A DNA stretch of 63,328 nucleotides, filler included, from an uncultured Methanosarcinales archaeon (lineage in GTDB: Archaea; Nanobdellota; Nanobdellia; Woesearchaeales; CAZXZL01): assembly GCA_964645415.1 (NCBI GenBank). It is 3 parts of 3 records of this genome, joined end to end, with 100 filler letters (N's around TTAATTAATTAA, not from the genome) between each part and the next. Parts side by side here need not be neighbours in the genome. Positions count along the whole stretch, not along the records: positions 1 to 26,092 come from CAZXZL010000010.1; positions 26,193 to 49,824 come from CAZXZL010000011.1; 1 more part is not named here. One strand, given 5' to 3'. This document shows, in pieces, positions 20,984-30,617 of the stretch; the stretch's first letter is position 1; the number at the start of each line of letters is the position of its first letter. The notes beneath the pieces are model-generated. The model ran no database searches and had not been told where the DNA came from. It worked only from the letters and a program-made list of their open reading frames with translations. A program made the position numbers and the translations under genes.

Positions 20984-21292
20984 ATGCAAAAAGCAAGAAT
21001 CAAATTAGTAAGTACAGATATTGATAAACTTAATGAAGTATGTAATGAGATTCAATCAATTTCAGAAAAAACAGGTGTTTCTTTAAAAGGTCCTATTCCT
21101 TTACCTACAAAAAGATTGAAGTTAACATCAAGAAAAAGTCCTAGTGGTGAAGGTTATGCTACTTGGGAAAGATATGAAATGAGAATCCATAAAAGAGTTA
21201 TTGATATGGGATTAAATGAGAGAGCTTTAAGATTAGTTATGAGGATTCCAATCCCACAAGATGTTAACATTGAAATTGAAATGGATAACTAA
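20984..21292 (+). CDS. rpsJ: 30S ribosomal protein S10
   Basis: [30 protein letters not shown]. Confidence 0.98.
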   Translation: MQKARIKLVSTDIDKLNEVCNEIQSISEKTGVSLKGPIPLPTKRLKLTSRKSPSGEGYATWERYEMRIHKRVIDMGLNERALRLVMRIPIPQDVNIEIEMDN

Positions 21293-21349
21293 TTCTTTTT
21301 TTTAACTATATATTTCTTCATCTTTTTATTTTTATTCTATTCCGTAATA

Positions 21350-21451
21350 TTTATAAATCATAATTCAAGTATAAGTACTATTGTGTGACAACATTTAATT
21401 AACGCTGCCGAAATATTTTAATATATGTAATTAGCTATATTAATTCCGGCA
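21350..21451 (+). promoter_or_regulatory. Putative TATA box and leader hairpin upstream of tfe
   Basis: TTTATAAA at ~21350; TGCCG...TTAATATA/TATATTAA...CGGCA inverted repeat at 21406-21451. Confidence 0.4.
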
Positions 21452-21469
21452 AAATAAGGTTTAATTAAT

Positions 21470-22201
21470 ATGAAAAAAGAAGACATTGTAAGTTGGACTA
21501 TGGAAGAAATCGCTGGTGAGCAGTCAGTGGAAATTGTTTTTTTTCTAATCAAGAATCCTGATTTTTCAGAATTTAAGTTAGCTGAGTTAAAAAATATTGA
21601 TATTAAGGATTTAAGAAATATAATGTATGATTTAATGGAACACGATCTTCTTAAATGGAGAAGAAAAAAAGACCGACAAAAAGGTTGGTATATTTATTAT
21701 TGGACTATTAAACAAGAAAACATTCCTTATCTTTATAAAAAATTCAAAAAGAAAAAACTTGAAAAAATTAAGAGACGTATAAAAGAAGAGGAGAACAATG
21801 AATTTTTTATGTGTCCTAATTATTGTTTGAGGGTTTCTTATGATAAAGCAATGGAGTTACATTTTGGTTGTCCTGAATGTGGAAAGGTTCTTAAGCCACA
21901 GGATAACAAGAAAACAAAAATTTTGTTAAAAAAACATCTTAAAAAGATTAAAGAGCAATTAAAAACCTTTGAAAAGGAAAAAGATAATATGGATTTTTCA
22001 CCAATTGAAGTTGATTATTCAAAGAAAAGAAAAACTACTAGTGGTGAATATAGAAAAAAAAGAAAAAAAGAGAAATCTAAAAAGAATAATAAAAAGAAGT
22101 CAAAATCAAAAAGTAAAAAATCTAGTAAAAAGGGTAAAAATAAGAAATCTAAAAAAAGTAAATCAAGTTCTAAATCAAAAAGTAAAAAATCTAAGAAGTA
22201 A
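21470..22201 (+). CDS. tfe: Transcription factor E alpha with Lys/Ser-rich tail
   Basis: wHTH (SEFKLAE..LRNIMYDL..RKKD..KGWYIYYW), zinc ribbon CPNYC...CPECG. Confidence 0.88.
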   Translation: MKKEDIVSWTMEEIAGEQSVEIVFFLIKNPDFSEFKLAELKNIDIKDLRNIMYDLMEHDLLKWRRKKDRQKGWYIYYWTIKQENIPYLYKKFKKKKLEKIKRRIKEEENNEFFMCPNYCLRVSYDKAMELHFGCPECGKVLKPQDNKKTKILLKKHLKKIKEQLKTFEKEKDNMDFSPIEVDYSKKRKTTSGEYRKKRKKEKSKKNNKKKSKSKSKKSSKKGKNKKSKKSKSSSKSKSKKSKK

Positions 22202-22209
22202 TTTAATTT

Positions 22210-22560
22210 TTAGATGATTTTGATAGACTAACTTCGAAGAAGATTAAACGTAGATTTTCTCTTTAGCACAATTTTTATCAAAATTGGTTAGGATGGTACC
22301 ATATTTCATATGGCACAGTGGTTTCTATTAAATTCTATTTATTTTTATTTCATTCATATAATTACTTTTTTATTTAGATGATTTTGCCCTACTATTTCTT
22401 TAGCTCAACCTTTATCACATAATCTTTATCACACTTTTAAATTTTTAATTTAATAAGTTCTATAAATCTTTGATTTTATAAAATTGGTTAGGATGGTACC
22501 ATACTTTGTATGGCACTTTAGTTTCCATAACTTTCTATCTAATTTTATTTTACTTTTTTT
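22210..22560 (+). repeat. Composite intergenic repeat block (repeat B, two copies of repeat A, TTTATCA module, TAATTTAATAAGTTCTA module)
   Basis: Repeat A at 22281 and 22481; TTAGATGATTTTG at 22210 and ~22374; CACTTTTAAATTT.TAATTTAATAAGTTCTA shared with ~40949. Confidence 0.8.
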
Positions 22561-22699
22561 GATTTCTATTTTCTTTAGCTAAAACGAAGAAATTATTTTA
22601 ATCAGTTTAATTTCTTCTTTTGTTATTTATAGTTCAATAATAAGATTTAAATACTTATTTTATGTATTTATTTTAGCTTGTTTAAAGAGAGGTGAACTT

Positions 22700-23251
22700 A
22701 TGTTAGAATTAATAATCCATGGTAGAGGTGGACAGGGTGCTAAAACTGCTTTTAATATTCTTGCTAAGGCAGGTCTTTCTTGTGGTAAAGAAGTCCTTGC
22801 ATTTCCAGAATATGGTCCAGAACGAACTGGAGCTCCGATGAAATCATTTCTTAAAATTGATGATAAAAAAGTTAGATCATATCAACCAATAGATAAGGCT
22901 GATGTTGTTATTGTTATTGATGATTCTTTATTTGATTTTGTTGATATTGAATCAGACTTGAAAGATGATGCTTTACTTATTGTTAATACATCAAATTTAG
23001 ATGATTTAAAGAAAAAATTAGGAACAAATGATGTATATGGTATTGATGCAACAAAAATTGCTTTAGACCATGTTGAAATGAATAAACCAAATATTCCTAT
23101 GCTTGGAGCTCTTTTAAAAGTTAAACCTATTGTTCCTTTAAAAGATGTTGTTAAAGTTGTAAGAGAACATTTTACTGAAAAAATAGGTAAAGAGTTAACT
23201 GAGAAAAATGTTGCTGCAATTCAAGAGTCATTTCTTGGAATAAATAATTAA
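22700..23251 (+). CDS. porG: Pyruvate/2-oxoacid:ferredoxin oxidoreductase gamma subunit
   Basis: HGRGGQGAKT, FPEYGPERTGAP, PNIPMLGA. Confidence 0.95.
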   Translation: MLELIIHGRGGQGAKTAFNILAKAGLSCGKEVLAFPEYGPERTGAPMKSFLKIDDKKVRSYQPIDKADVVIVIDDSLFDFVDIESDLKDDALLIVNTSNLDDLKKKLGTNDVYGIDATKIALDHVEMNKPNIPMLGALLKVKPIVPLKDVVKVVREHFTEKIGKELTEKNVAAIQESFLGINN

Positions 23252-23261
23252 GGTGATTTTT

Positions 23262-23612
23262 ATGTCAAATAATAAAATTAAAGATCCTTCTAAATCTGAT
23301 AGAAGATTAGGTTGGAAAGAAATTGAAATAGCTGGAATAATTAAGGGTGCAACTTCTAAAAATAATAAGACTGGTTCTTGGAAATCATTTAAACCAGTTG
23401 TTGATTCTGAAAAATGTATTGGTTGTATGAAATGTTATGAATTCTGTCCTGATAATAGTGTTATTCCAAAAGAAAGGAATGATGATAGTAATATGAAATA
23501 TTATATTGATTCTTTTAAATATGATTTTTGTAAAGGATGTGGAATATGTTCAAATATATGTCCTGTATCTGCTATTGAAATGAAAAGATCAAAGGGTGAT
23601 GATAATGAGTAA
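23262..23612 (+). CDS. porD: POR delta subunit (2x4Fe-4S)
   Basis: KTGSWKSFKP, CIGCMKCYEFCP, CKGCGICSNICP. Confidence 0.95.
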   Translation: MSNNKIKDPSKSDRRLGWKEIEIAGIIKGATSKNNKTGSWKSFKPVVDSEKCIGCMKCYEFCPDNSVIPKERNDDSNMKYYIDSFKYDFCKGCGICSNICPVSAIEMKRSKGDDNE

Positions 23613-24777
23613 AGATAAAAAAAATTATTCTATTAAAGGTTTGAGTGGAGCTCATACTGCTTCAGAAGTAATGAGACAAATTAACCCAGACGTTGTTGCT
23701 GCTTACCCAATTACTCCACAATCTCCAATTATCGAAAAATTTTCAGAATATTATGCTCAAGGTGATGTTGATACTGAATTTGTTCCTGTTGAATCTGAAC
23801 ATTCAGCAATGAGTACTGTTGTTGGATCAAGTGCTGCTGGTGCAAGGAGTATGACTGCAACTGCATCTGTTGGATTAGCTTTAATGTTTGAAGTTGTTAA
23901 TGCAGCATCTGGTATGAGATTACCTATTGTTATGAATATTGCAAATCGTGCTTTGAGTTCTCCTATTAACATTCATTGTGACCATGGAGATAGTATGGCA
24001 TGTCGTGATGCTGGTTGGATACAATTATATTCTGAAGATGCTCAAGAAGTTTATGATAATAATTTATTAGCTATGAGGATTAGTGAACATTCTGATGTTC
24101 TTCTTCCATCAATGATTATGCAAGATGGTTTTATTACATCTCATTCACTTCAGAAAGTTGAAATTTTAGATGATGATATTGTAAAAGAATTTATTGGTGA
24201 ATATAAACCAAAGAATTACTTACTTAAAGGAGAAGCTGCTACTTTTGGTCCTGTTGCTCTTCAAGATTATTATTTTGAATTTAAAAGACAACAAGAAGAA
24301 GGAATGAGAAATGTTAAGAAAGTTTTCAAAGAAGCTGCAAGAGAACTTTCTAAAATTACTGGAAGGGAATATGACTTTGTAGAAGGTTATAAAACTGATG
24401 ATGCAGATACTATTATGATTGCACTTAATTCTACTGTTGGAACTGCAAAAGTTGTTGTTGATCGTTTAAGAAAAGAAGGTAAAAAAGTAGGATTACTTAA
24501 AATTAGAATGTATAGACCATTTCCTTACGATGAAATTGCTAATATTTTAGATGGTGCAAAAAATGTAATTGTTCTTGATAGATCAATTTCTTTTGGTGCT
24601 AATCCTCCTTTAGCAAATGATATTAAGAATGTTTTATATGACCATAATATTAATGTGAATCTACAAAATTATATTTATGGTCTTGGTGGTAGAGATATTA
24701 CTGAATCTGATATTGAGGATATCTTTAAAAATTCCAATAAAAAAGTAAAAAATGAATTTATTGGACTAAGAGAATAA
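23605..24777 (+). CDS. porA: POR alpha subunit
   Basis: AAYPITPQS, ESEHSA, NRALSSPINIHCDH, GLGGRD. Confidence 0.96.
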   Translation: MSKDKKNYSIKGLSGAHTASEVMRQINPDVVAAYPITPQSPIIEKFSEYYAQGDVDTEFVPVESEHSAMSTVVGSSAAGARSMTATASVGLALMFEVVNAASGMRLPIVMNIANRALSSPINIHCDHGDSMACRDAGWIQLYSEDAQEVYDNNLLAMRISEHSDVLLPSMIMQDGFITSHSLQKVEILDDDIVKEFIGEYKPKNYLLKGEAATFGPVALQDYYFEFKRQQEEGMRNVKKVFKEAARELSKITGREYDFVEGYKTDDADTIMIALNSTVGTAKVVVDRLRKEGKKVGLLKIRMYRPFPYDEIANILDGAKNVIVLDRSISFGANPPLANDIKNVLYDHNINVNLQNYIYGLGGRDITESDIEDIFKNSNKKVKNEFIGLRE

Positions 24778-24787
24778 GGTGATTTTT

Positions 24788-25705
24788 ATGACTAATCAAA
24801 ATAATAAAAAGGACTTTAAATTTGAAAGTGGACATAGAGCATGTGCTGGATGTCCAATCTCTATTATTTTTAATGGAGTTTTAGATTCTACTGATGAGGA
24901 AGTTATTGTTTCAAATGCTACAGGTTGTGCTGAAGTTGTTAGTAGTATTTATCCTTACAGTTCTTGGAATGTTCCATGGATCCATAATACTTTTGAGAAT
25001 GCAGCAGCAACTATATCTGGTGTTGAAGCAGCTTATAAATCTTTAAAAAGTCAAGGTAAACTAGATAAGGACTTTAAATTCATTGCTTTTGGTGGAGATG
25101 GAGGAACTTATGATATTGGATTACAAAGTTTATCTGGTGCTTTAGAAAGAGGTCATGATTTTGTTTATGTTTGTTATGATAATGAAGCTTATATGAATAC
25201 TGGAAATCAAAGATCTTCTGCAACTCCTTTTGGTTCTGAAACTACTACTTCTCCTTTTGGTGAGAGTCATCCTGCAAAAGAGCAGAAGCGAAAAGATTTA
25301 GCTAAAATTGCTGAAGCTCATAATATAGATTATGTTGCTCAAGCAAGTGTTTTCCATCTCGATGATTTAAAAAAGAAGGCTAAAAAAGCAATTGATGTTG
25401 ATGGTCCTGCGGTATTAGTTGTTTTATCTCCTTGTCCTACTATGTGGAAGTTTCCTCCAAAAGAAACATTAAATGTTTCAAAAATGGCTGTTGAAACAAG
25501 ATTTTGGCCAATTTATGAAATTGAAAATGGAAAACTTACTATTAATTATAAACCTAAAAAGAAGGTTCCTGTAACTGAGTTTATGAAGTTACAAGGTAGA
25601 TTTAGACATTCTGTTAATAATGAAGAAGTTGTGAAAAAGATTCAAGATTCTATTGAAAAAGACTGGGAAAAACTTTTAAAAAGAGAAAAAAGTGATAATA
25701 GTTAA
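24788..25705 (+). CDS. porB: POR beta subunit (TPP-binding)
   Basis: GHRACAGC, GGDGGTYDIG, YDNEAYMNTG. Confidence 0.96.
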   Translation: MTNQNNKKDFKFESGHRACAGCPISIIFNGVLDSTDEEVIVSNATGCAEVVSSIYPYSSWNVPWIHNTFENAAATISGVEAAYKSLKSQGKLDKDFKFIAFGGDGGTYDIGLQSLSGALERGHDFVYVCYDNEAYMNTGNQRSSATPFGSETTTSPFGESHPAKEQKRKDLAKIAEAHNIDYVAQASVFHLDDLKKKAKKAIDVDGPAVLVVLSPCPTMWKFPPKETLNVSKMAVETRFWPIYEIENGKLTINYKPKKKVPVTEFMKLQGRFRHSVNNEEVVKKIQDSIEKDWEKLLKREKSDNS

Positions 25706-25706
25706 G

Positions 25707-26051
25707 ATGGATGAAAAAGATTCACATGATTATGATTTAGATAATCCTTGTAAACTATCTGATGATGATTGTAAAGAAGTTATCTCAATATTAAAAGATA
25801 TAAAAGACCCTGAGATTCCAATTAATATATATGATATGGGACTTATTTATGAGATCCGTTATTCATCTGATGATAAAAAATCCATTGAAGTGATAATGAC
25901 TTTTACATCTCCTTTTTGTCCAGTTATTGGTCAAATAGTTAAAGAAATAACTGATAGGCTTGAAAATATATTTCAAAAAGTTGAGGTTGAAGTTGTTTGG
26001 GAACCAACTTGGAATCGTTCTATGATGAAAGATGAAGCAGGTTTTATTTAA
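25707..26051 (+). CDS. DUF59/MIP18/SufT-family Fe-S assembly protein
   Basis: DPEIPINIYDMGLIY, MTFTSPFCP, VWEPTW. Confidence 0.92.
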   Translation: MDEKDSHDYDLDNPCKLSDDDCKEVISILKDIKDPEIPINIYDMGLIYEIRYSSDDKKSIEVIMTFTSPFCPVIGQIVKEITDRLENIFQKVEVEVVWEPTWNRSMMKDEAGFI

Positions 26052-26057
26052 CCAATT

Positions 26058-26092
26058 TTTATCAAACAATCTTTATCAAACAATCTTTATCA
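26058..26092. repeat. 14-bp tandem repeat at contig end
   Basis: TTTATCAAACAATC x2.5; similar to TTTATCACATAATCTTTATCAC at ~22411. Confidence 0.7.
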
Positions 26093-26192
26093 NNNNNNNN
26101 NNNNNNNNNNNNNNNNNNNNNNNNNNNNNNNNNNNNTTAATTAATTAANNNNNNNNNNNNNNNNNNNNNNNNNNNNNNNNNNNNNNNNNNNN
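26093..26192. other. Artificial contig-join spacer
   Basis: 44 N + TTAATTAATTAA (stops in all frames) + 44 N. Confidence 0.97.
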
Positions 26193-26203
26193 AAAATAAT
26201 AAA

Positions 26204-26359
26204 ATGGCAAAAATATTTTCAAATAAAAATTTAGGAATAGCTTTAATTATTGGTTTAATCATTCAATTTGTTTTACCAGAAATAAATCTTGGTTCAATTA
26301 GTTGGATTTCAACTTTAATATATCTAGTTGTAGCAATTATATTAATATTCGTGAAATAA
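26204..26359 (+). CDS. Small two-TM membrane protein (51 aa; not in ORF track)
   Basis: MAKIFSNKNLGIALIIGLIIQFVLPEINLGSISWISTLIYLVVAIILIFVK*. Confidence 0.65.
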   Translation: MAKIFSNKNLGIALIIGLIIQFVLPEINLGSISWISTLIYLVVAIILIFVK

Positions 26360-26419
26360 TCACTATTAATAAGTTACAAAAAAGAAAATGTTTAAATAAG
26401 AAAAGGAATTGATTATTTT

Positions 26420-27106
26420 ATGAACAAAAGGATAGATTATTATGGAAAAAGATTTGAAATACCTCATATAAAAAGAGAAACAAAAGTACCAATTAATAAA
26501 AATAACTTAGATAAAAAATTATATGTTGATTTTAATAGAAATTTAGAAGAAATATTAGATAGCGCTAAATTAAATACAAATAAAGTTGATAAAGACCATA
26601 TTAAAGATTGGTTAGAATTAAACAATTTTGATATAGATCCTGAATTATTTATTCCACTTAATATGTTTACAAATTCTTTTAATAAGTATCATGGTTACAA
26701 AACAAATACATTTGAAAGATATAAGATATACAAAGAAAAAACACCTAAATTAAGTGAAATAATAGATAAAAAAATTGCTCATTCTTCTGAAGTTAGTGCA
26801 CTAGCTCAAATATATTTACAAGATATTAACATAGACTCATCATATTTTTTAGGAAATGCAAAACTAAATAAAGAATCAAAAAAATCAAGTAAACACACAT
26901 ATAATTTAATAGATTTTAATGGAGAAAGTTATATTTATGATGCAATAAATCCAGTTATAAAAATAAACAACACACATAATAAAGAAAAATTAATTTTACC
27001 ACGAATTCAAAAAGTTAATAATTTTAAAGATAATATAAACAAAAATAAGAAGTACTTAATTAAATCAGAAGGTTTAATAGATAATAAAGACATATTTTAT
27101 GGTTAG
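26420..27106 (+). CDS. Hypothetical protein, possible transglutaminase-like fold lacking the catalytic Cys
   Basis: AHSSEVSALAQ, HTYNLI, IYDAINP spacing resembles a C-H-D triad with Ser in place of Cys. Confidence 0.5.
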   Translation: MNKRIDYYGKRFEIPHIKRETKVPINKNNLDKKLYVDFNRNLEEILDSAKLNTNKVDKDHIKDWLELNNFDIDPELFIPLNMFTNSFNKYHGYKTNTFERYKIYKEKTPKLSEIIDKKIAHSSEVSALAQIYLQDINIDSSYFLGNAKLNKESKKSSKHTYNLIDFNGESYIYDAINPVIKINNTHNKEKLILPRIQKVNNFKDNINKNKKYLIKSEGLIDNKDIFYG

Positions 27107-27133
27107 TTTTAGTTGAAATCATTATCTTAAAAT

Positions 27134-27178
27134 TCTTCGCTTCATCTTCTTCGAAATTAGTCCATCAAAGTCATCTAA
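27134..27178 (-). repeat. Repeat B copy
   Basis: Reverse complement TTAGATGACTTTGATGGACTAATTTCGAAGAAGATGAAGCG matches 22210-22250. Confidence 0.75.
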
Positions 27179-27210
27179 GTAATGTATAAAATAAGAATTG
27201 AATATATAAT

Positions 27211-27786
27211 TTAATTTTTTAAAAGATTTTCATTAGATAAAACTTTTTTGACTTTTACTTTTATTTTTTCTTTTTTATCTTCATCTAAGTTAAAACATCT
27301 ACCAAAAACTTCTACTTTAGTATCAATACCACAAAAACCAAGAATATCTTCACTAATATGTTTAATAGGATAATCGTAATCTTCTTTATAATATGATTCA
27401 CTTCCTCCACCAGTCATAAAAACCAACGCTTTTTTATCATCTAGTAATCCAATAGGAGTTCCATCAACATACTTAAAAGCAAATCCACTTAAAATAGTTC
27501 TATCAAAAAAACCCTTCAAAATTCCAGGCATTGATTTCCACCAGATAGGATAAATAAAAATTAAATTATCAGACTTTTTTATTTTATCTTGAATAGTTTT
27601 TGTTTCTTTACTAATAGAATTATTACCACAAGTATAATGCTCTTCATCTTTTAGCACAGGATTATAATTCATCTCATATAGATTTAAAACTTCATAATTA
27701 GAATTAATATGTTCTTTAATAATCTTTAAAATAAGCAAATTATGACCACATGTATTTGGATGTGCAAAAATAATTAAAGATTTCAT
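27211..27786 (-). CDS. NAD(P)H dehydrogenase (quinone), flavodoxin-2 family
   Basis: LIIFAHP, IYPIWWKSMPGILKGFFDR, FMTGG. Confidence 0.93.
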   Translation of the reverse strand: MKSLIIFAHPNTCGHNLLILKIIKEHINSNYEVLNLYEMNYNPVLKDEEHYTCGNNSISKETKTIQDKIKKSDNLIFIYPIWWKSMPGILKGFFDRTILSGFAFKYVDGTPIGLLDDKKALVFMTGGGSESYYKEDYDYPIKHISEDILGFCGIDTKVEVFGRCFNLDEDKKEKIKVKVKKVLSNENLLKN

Positions 27787-27863
27787 ATAACTTTAGAAAA
27801 AAACTAACTTTATAAATATTAATAATAAAAAAATAAAAAATAAACTTTAGAACTTTTTAAAAA

Positions 27864-28988
27864 CTAATCTACAAACTCAACTTCAAGTTCTCTTTCGTTT
27901 TTATCAAGCTCTTCTTCCATTGATTTAAATTGATCAATGTACATTCTATTAATTCCAGTAACAATAACCATTACATTAACTTTACCTTTTAATTTAGAAT
28001 CAACTTGAGCACCCCAAATAACATTTGCTTCTTCACTTAATCTATTTGAAACACTTTTTACAATACCTGTTGCTTCATCTAAATTTAGATCATTATCACC
28101 AGTAATATTAATTAAAGCTCCATTTCCACCACTAATATCAATATCTAAAAGAGGATTATTGATAGCCTCATCAACAGCTTCATCAGAACGGTTATTAGAA
28201 TCACTTTCACCAACACCAATCATCGCAAGACCAGAATCTTTCATAACTGTTTTCATATCAGCAAAATCAAGATTAACTAAACCTGGTTTTAAAATTAATT
28301 CAATTGTTCCTTTTAAAGCATTAGCAATAATTTCATCAGCTAACTTAAAAGCTTGAGCTAATGGAATATCAGGAGCAATTTCTAATAATTTATCATTAGG
28401 AATTAAAATTAAAGAATCAACTTGGTCTTCTAACTTTTTCAAACCATAAATAGCATTCTTCATCCTCATCCTTCCTTCAACACTAAAAGGAACTGTTGTA
28501 ATACCAACTACTAAAGCACCTGCTTCTCGTGCAGCTTTAGCAATAATATGACTTGAACCTGTTCCAGTTCCACCACCAAGACCACATGTTAAAAAGACAA
28601 GTTCCTTACCTTCAAAAACTTTCTTGAGTTTAGTATAAGAACTTTTAGCTGCTTCTTCACCAACTTTAGGATCAGAACCTGCACCAAGTCCTTTAGTAAT
28701 ATCTTTTCCTAAAAGGATTTTTCTATCAGCATTATTTGTTAAAAGATCTTGTGCATCAGTATTCATAGCATAAAAATCAATTTGTGATTTCTCAAAATTC
28801 ATCTCTAATAATCGATTAAGAGTGTTATTTCCAGCACCACCAGTACCAACAACTGTAACATTAATCATCTTTGATTCAAGATATTTTTCAATCTCAGGAT
28901 TATCACCATTATTTATTTTGTCTTTTGCTTTTTCTTTCTCTTCTGATCTTTTCTTAGCATTATTAATCATATCTTGCATAGAACTCAT
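27864..28988 (-). CDS. ftsZ: Cell division protein FtsZ
   Basis: GTGGAGNN, NTDAQ, GLGGGTGTG, NLDFAD; start moved to MSSMQ. Confidence 0.98.
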   Translation of the reverse strand: MSSMQDMINNAKKRSEEKEKAKDKINNGDNPEIEKYLESKMINVTVVGTGGAGNNTLNRLLEMNFEKSQIDFYAMNTDAQDLLTNNADRKILLGKDITKGLGAGSDPKVGEEAAKSSYTKLKKVFEGKELVFLTCGLGGGTGTGSSHIIAKAAREAGALVVGITTVPFSVEGRMRMKNAIYGLKKLEDQVDSLILIPNDKLLEIAPDIPLAQAFKLADEIIANALKGTIELILKPGLVNLDFADMKTVMKDSGLAMIGVGESDSNNRSDEAVDEAINNPLLDIDISGGNGALINITGDNDLNLDEATGIVKSVSNRLSEEANVIWGAQVDSKLKGKVNVMVIVTGINRMYIDQFKSMEEELDKNERELEVEFVD

Positions 28989-29049
28989 TTTACAACCCCA
29001 TAAAATATATAATTTAATCATTAAACTAATATTTAAATCTATCTATCAA

Positions 29050-29283
29050 TCAATCAACAAATTTTTTATCTTTATAAGAAATATCATAAATTCTAAACTC
29101 TTCACCTTCTTTTAACATCAAACTCCAAGAATTACTATCAGAATCATACATTAATTGAGAACCATCTGATAAATCATATATGATAGAGTTACCAAAAAAA
29201 TCATCATTCTCAAATTCAGATACTTCTACTACTTTCTTCATAGATCCCAATACATTAATCTTTTGATTCTCTTTTAATTTCAT
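29050..29283 (-). CDS. Hypothetical protein
   Basis: 77-aa ORF coupled to the upstream CBS gene. Confidence 0.55.
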   Translation of the reverse strand: MKLKENQKINVLGSMKKVVEVSEFENDDFFGNSIIYDLSDGSQLMYDSDSNSWSLMLKEGEEFRIYDISYKDKKFVD

Positions 29284-30517
29284 CTTTTAAAACAATCTCC
29301 AATTTTTTTAAAGCATTACTAGTTCTTTTTAAAACTTTAATATTAAATTGATCAAATTTGAAAAACTCTCCTTTTTTAGGAATTCTACCTGTTTTTTTAA
29401 GTAAAAAACCACCAACCGTTTCAAAATGATCTTTAGATACCTCAATATTTGTTTCCTTCATAAAATCATCAATATCATATTGTGCATCAACGATAAATTT
29501 ATTTTCACTAATCTTAATTATAGGTTCTTCCATATCTTCATTCTCATCATAAATTTCACCTACTAACTCTTCAAGAACATCCTCCAATGTCACAATACCT
29601 GTTACAGTTCCAAATTCATTAACAACAATAGCGATATGTCCTTTTTGTTTTTGGAATTTTTTTAATAATAAATCAATATTCATAGAATCAGGAACATATA
29701 AAACATTTTCAATTAAAACATCATCTACTTTATTTTTCAATTCATTTTTATTAATTAATTCAGATTTAATAATATCTTTAGCATAAAGAATTCCTTTAAT
29801 TTCATCTAGATTCTTTTCATAAACAGGGATTCTAGAAAAACCACTATCTTTAATTAAATCAATTGAATCTTTAATAGAAGATCCTAATTTTAAAGCAACA
29901 ACATCATTTCTTGGTGTTTTTATTTCACTTACTTTTGTATCAGATAAATTTAATACATTTGATAAAATTTCTTTCTCAGTTGTATTAATATAGCCATCTT
30001 TTTCTACAATTTTAACAAGAGATTTGAATTCATTTTCACTTATTTCAAACTCTTCAAAAGGATCATCTTTAATAAACAATTTTATGATTAAATCTAAAAA
30101 TTTAAGAATTGGCATACAAACTTTTTTCAAATAATAAATAATAGGTGATATTTTTAATGACATTTCAATATCATGTTTTAATCCAATTGTTTTAGGCAAG
30201 ATTTCACCAAAAACTAAAATTAAAAAAGTCATAAGTGCTGTTGCAATAGCTACACCTAAGTTTTCAAAATAACCATAAGCAATTACACTAGCCATTGCAG
30301 AAGATAATATATTAACAAGATTATTCCATAACAGAATAGTCATTAAAGTATAATGCATGTCTTCTTTTAGTAATTTAACATATTTTATTTTGGATTTTTT
30401 TGATTCAAGTAGAGACTTTAGTCTAACTTTGTCAAGACTTGTTAATGCTGTTTCAGTCGATGAAAAAAATCCAGACAAAAATAATAACAATATTAAAGAA
30501 AATATTTCAAGATACAT
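29255..30517 (-). CDS. CNNM/hemolysin-family CBS-CorC membrane protein
   Basis: LSGFFSSTETAL, LVFGEILPK, FSRIPVY, VNEFG..GIVTLEDVLEELVGEI, CorC tail. Confidence 0.95.
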   Translation of the reverse strand: MYLEIFSLILLLFLSGFFSSTETALTSLDKVRLKSLLESKKSKIKYVKLLKEDMHYTLMTILLWNNLVNILSSAMASVIAYGYFENLGVAIATALMTFLILVFGEILPKTIGLKHDIEMSLKISPIIYYLKKVCMPILKFLDLIIKLFIKDDPFEEFEISENEFKSLVKIVEKDGYINTTEKEILSNVLNLSDTKVSEIKTPRNDVVALKLGSSIKDSIDLIKDSGFSRIPVYEKNLDEIKGILYAKDIIKSELINKNELKNKVDDVLIENVLYVPDSMNIDLLLKKFQKQKGHIAIVVNEFGTVTGIVTLEDVLEELVGEIYDENEDMEEPIIKISENKFIVDAQYDIDDFMKETNIEVSKDHFETVGGFLLKKTGRIPKKGEFFKFDQFNIKVLKRTSNALKKLEIVLKDEIKRESKD

Positions 30518-30617
30518 TTTATTATCACACAATATTATGGTTTTCAATACAAAGCAATATAAATTTTTTTCTAAAAATATGAAAAGATTTTTAAAGACGC
30601 GATAAATTAAAAAACGC

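Noticed and set aside
22700..26051. POR operon with DUF59 as a novelty
   Set aside because: Standard gamma-delta-alpha-beta organisation; an Fe-S maturation neighbour is unsurprising.
26137..26148. TTAATTAATTAA palindrome (also at 49869-49880)
   Set aside because: Identical sequence centred in N runs; an artificial six-frame stop linker. Adjacency across it is not biological evidence.
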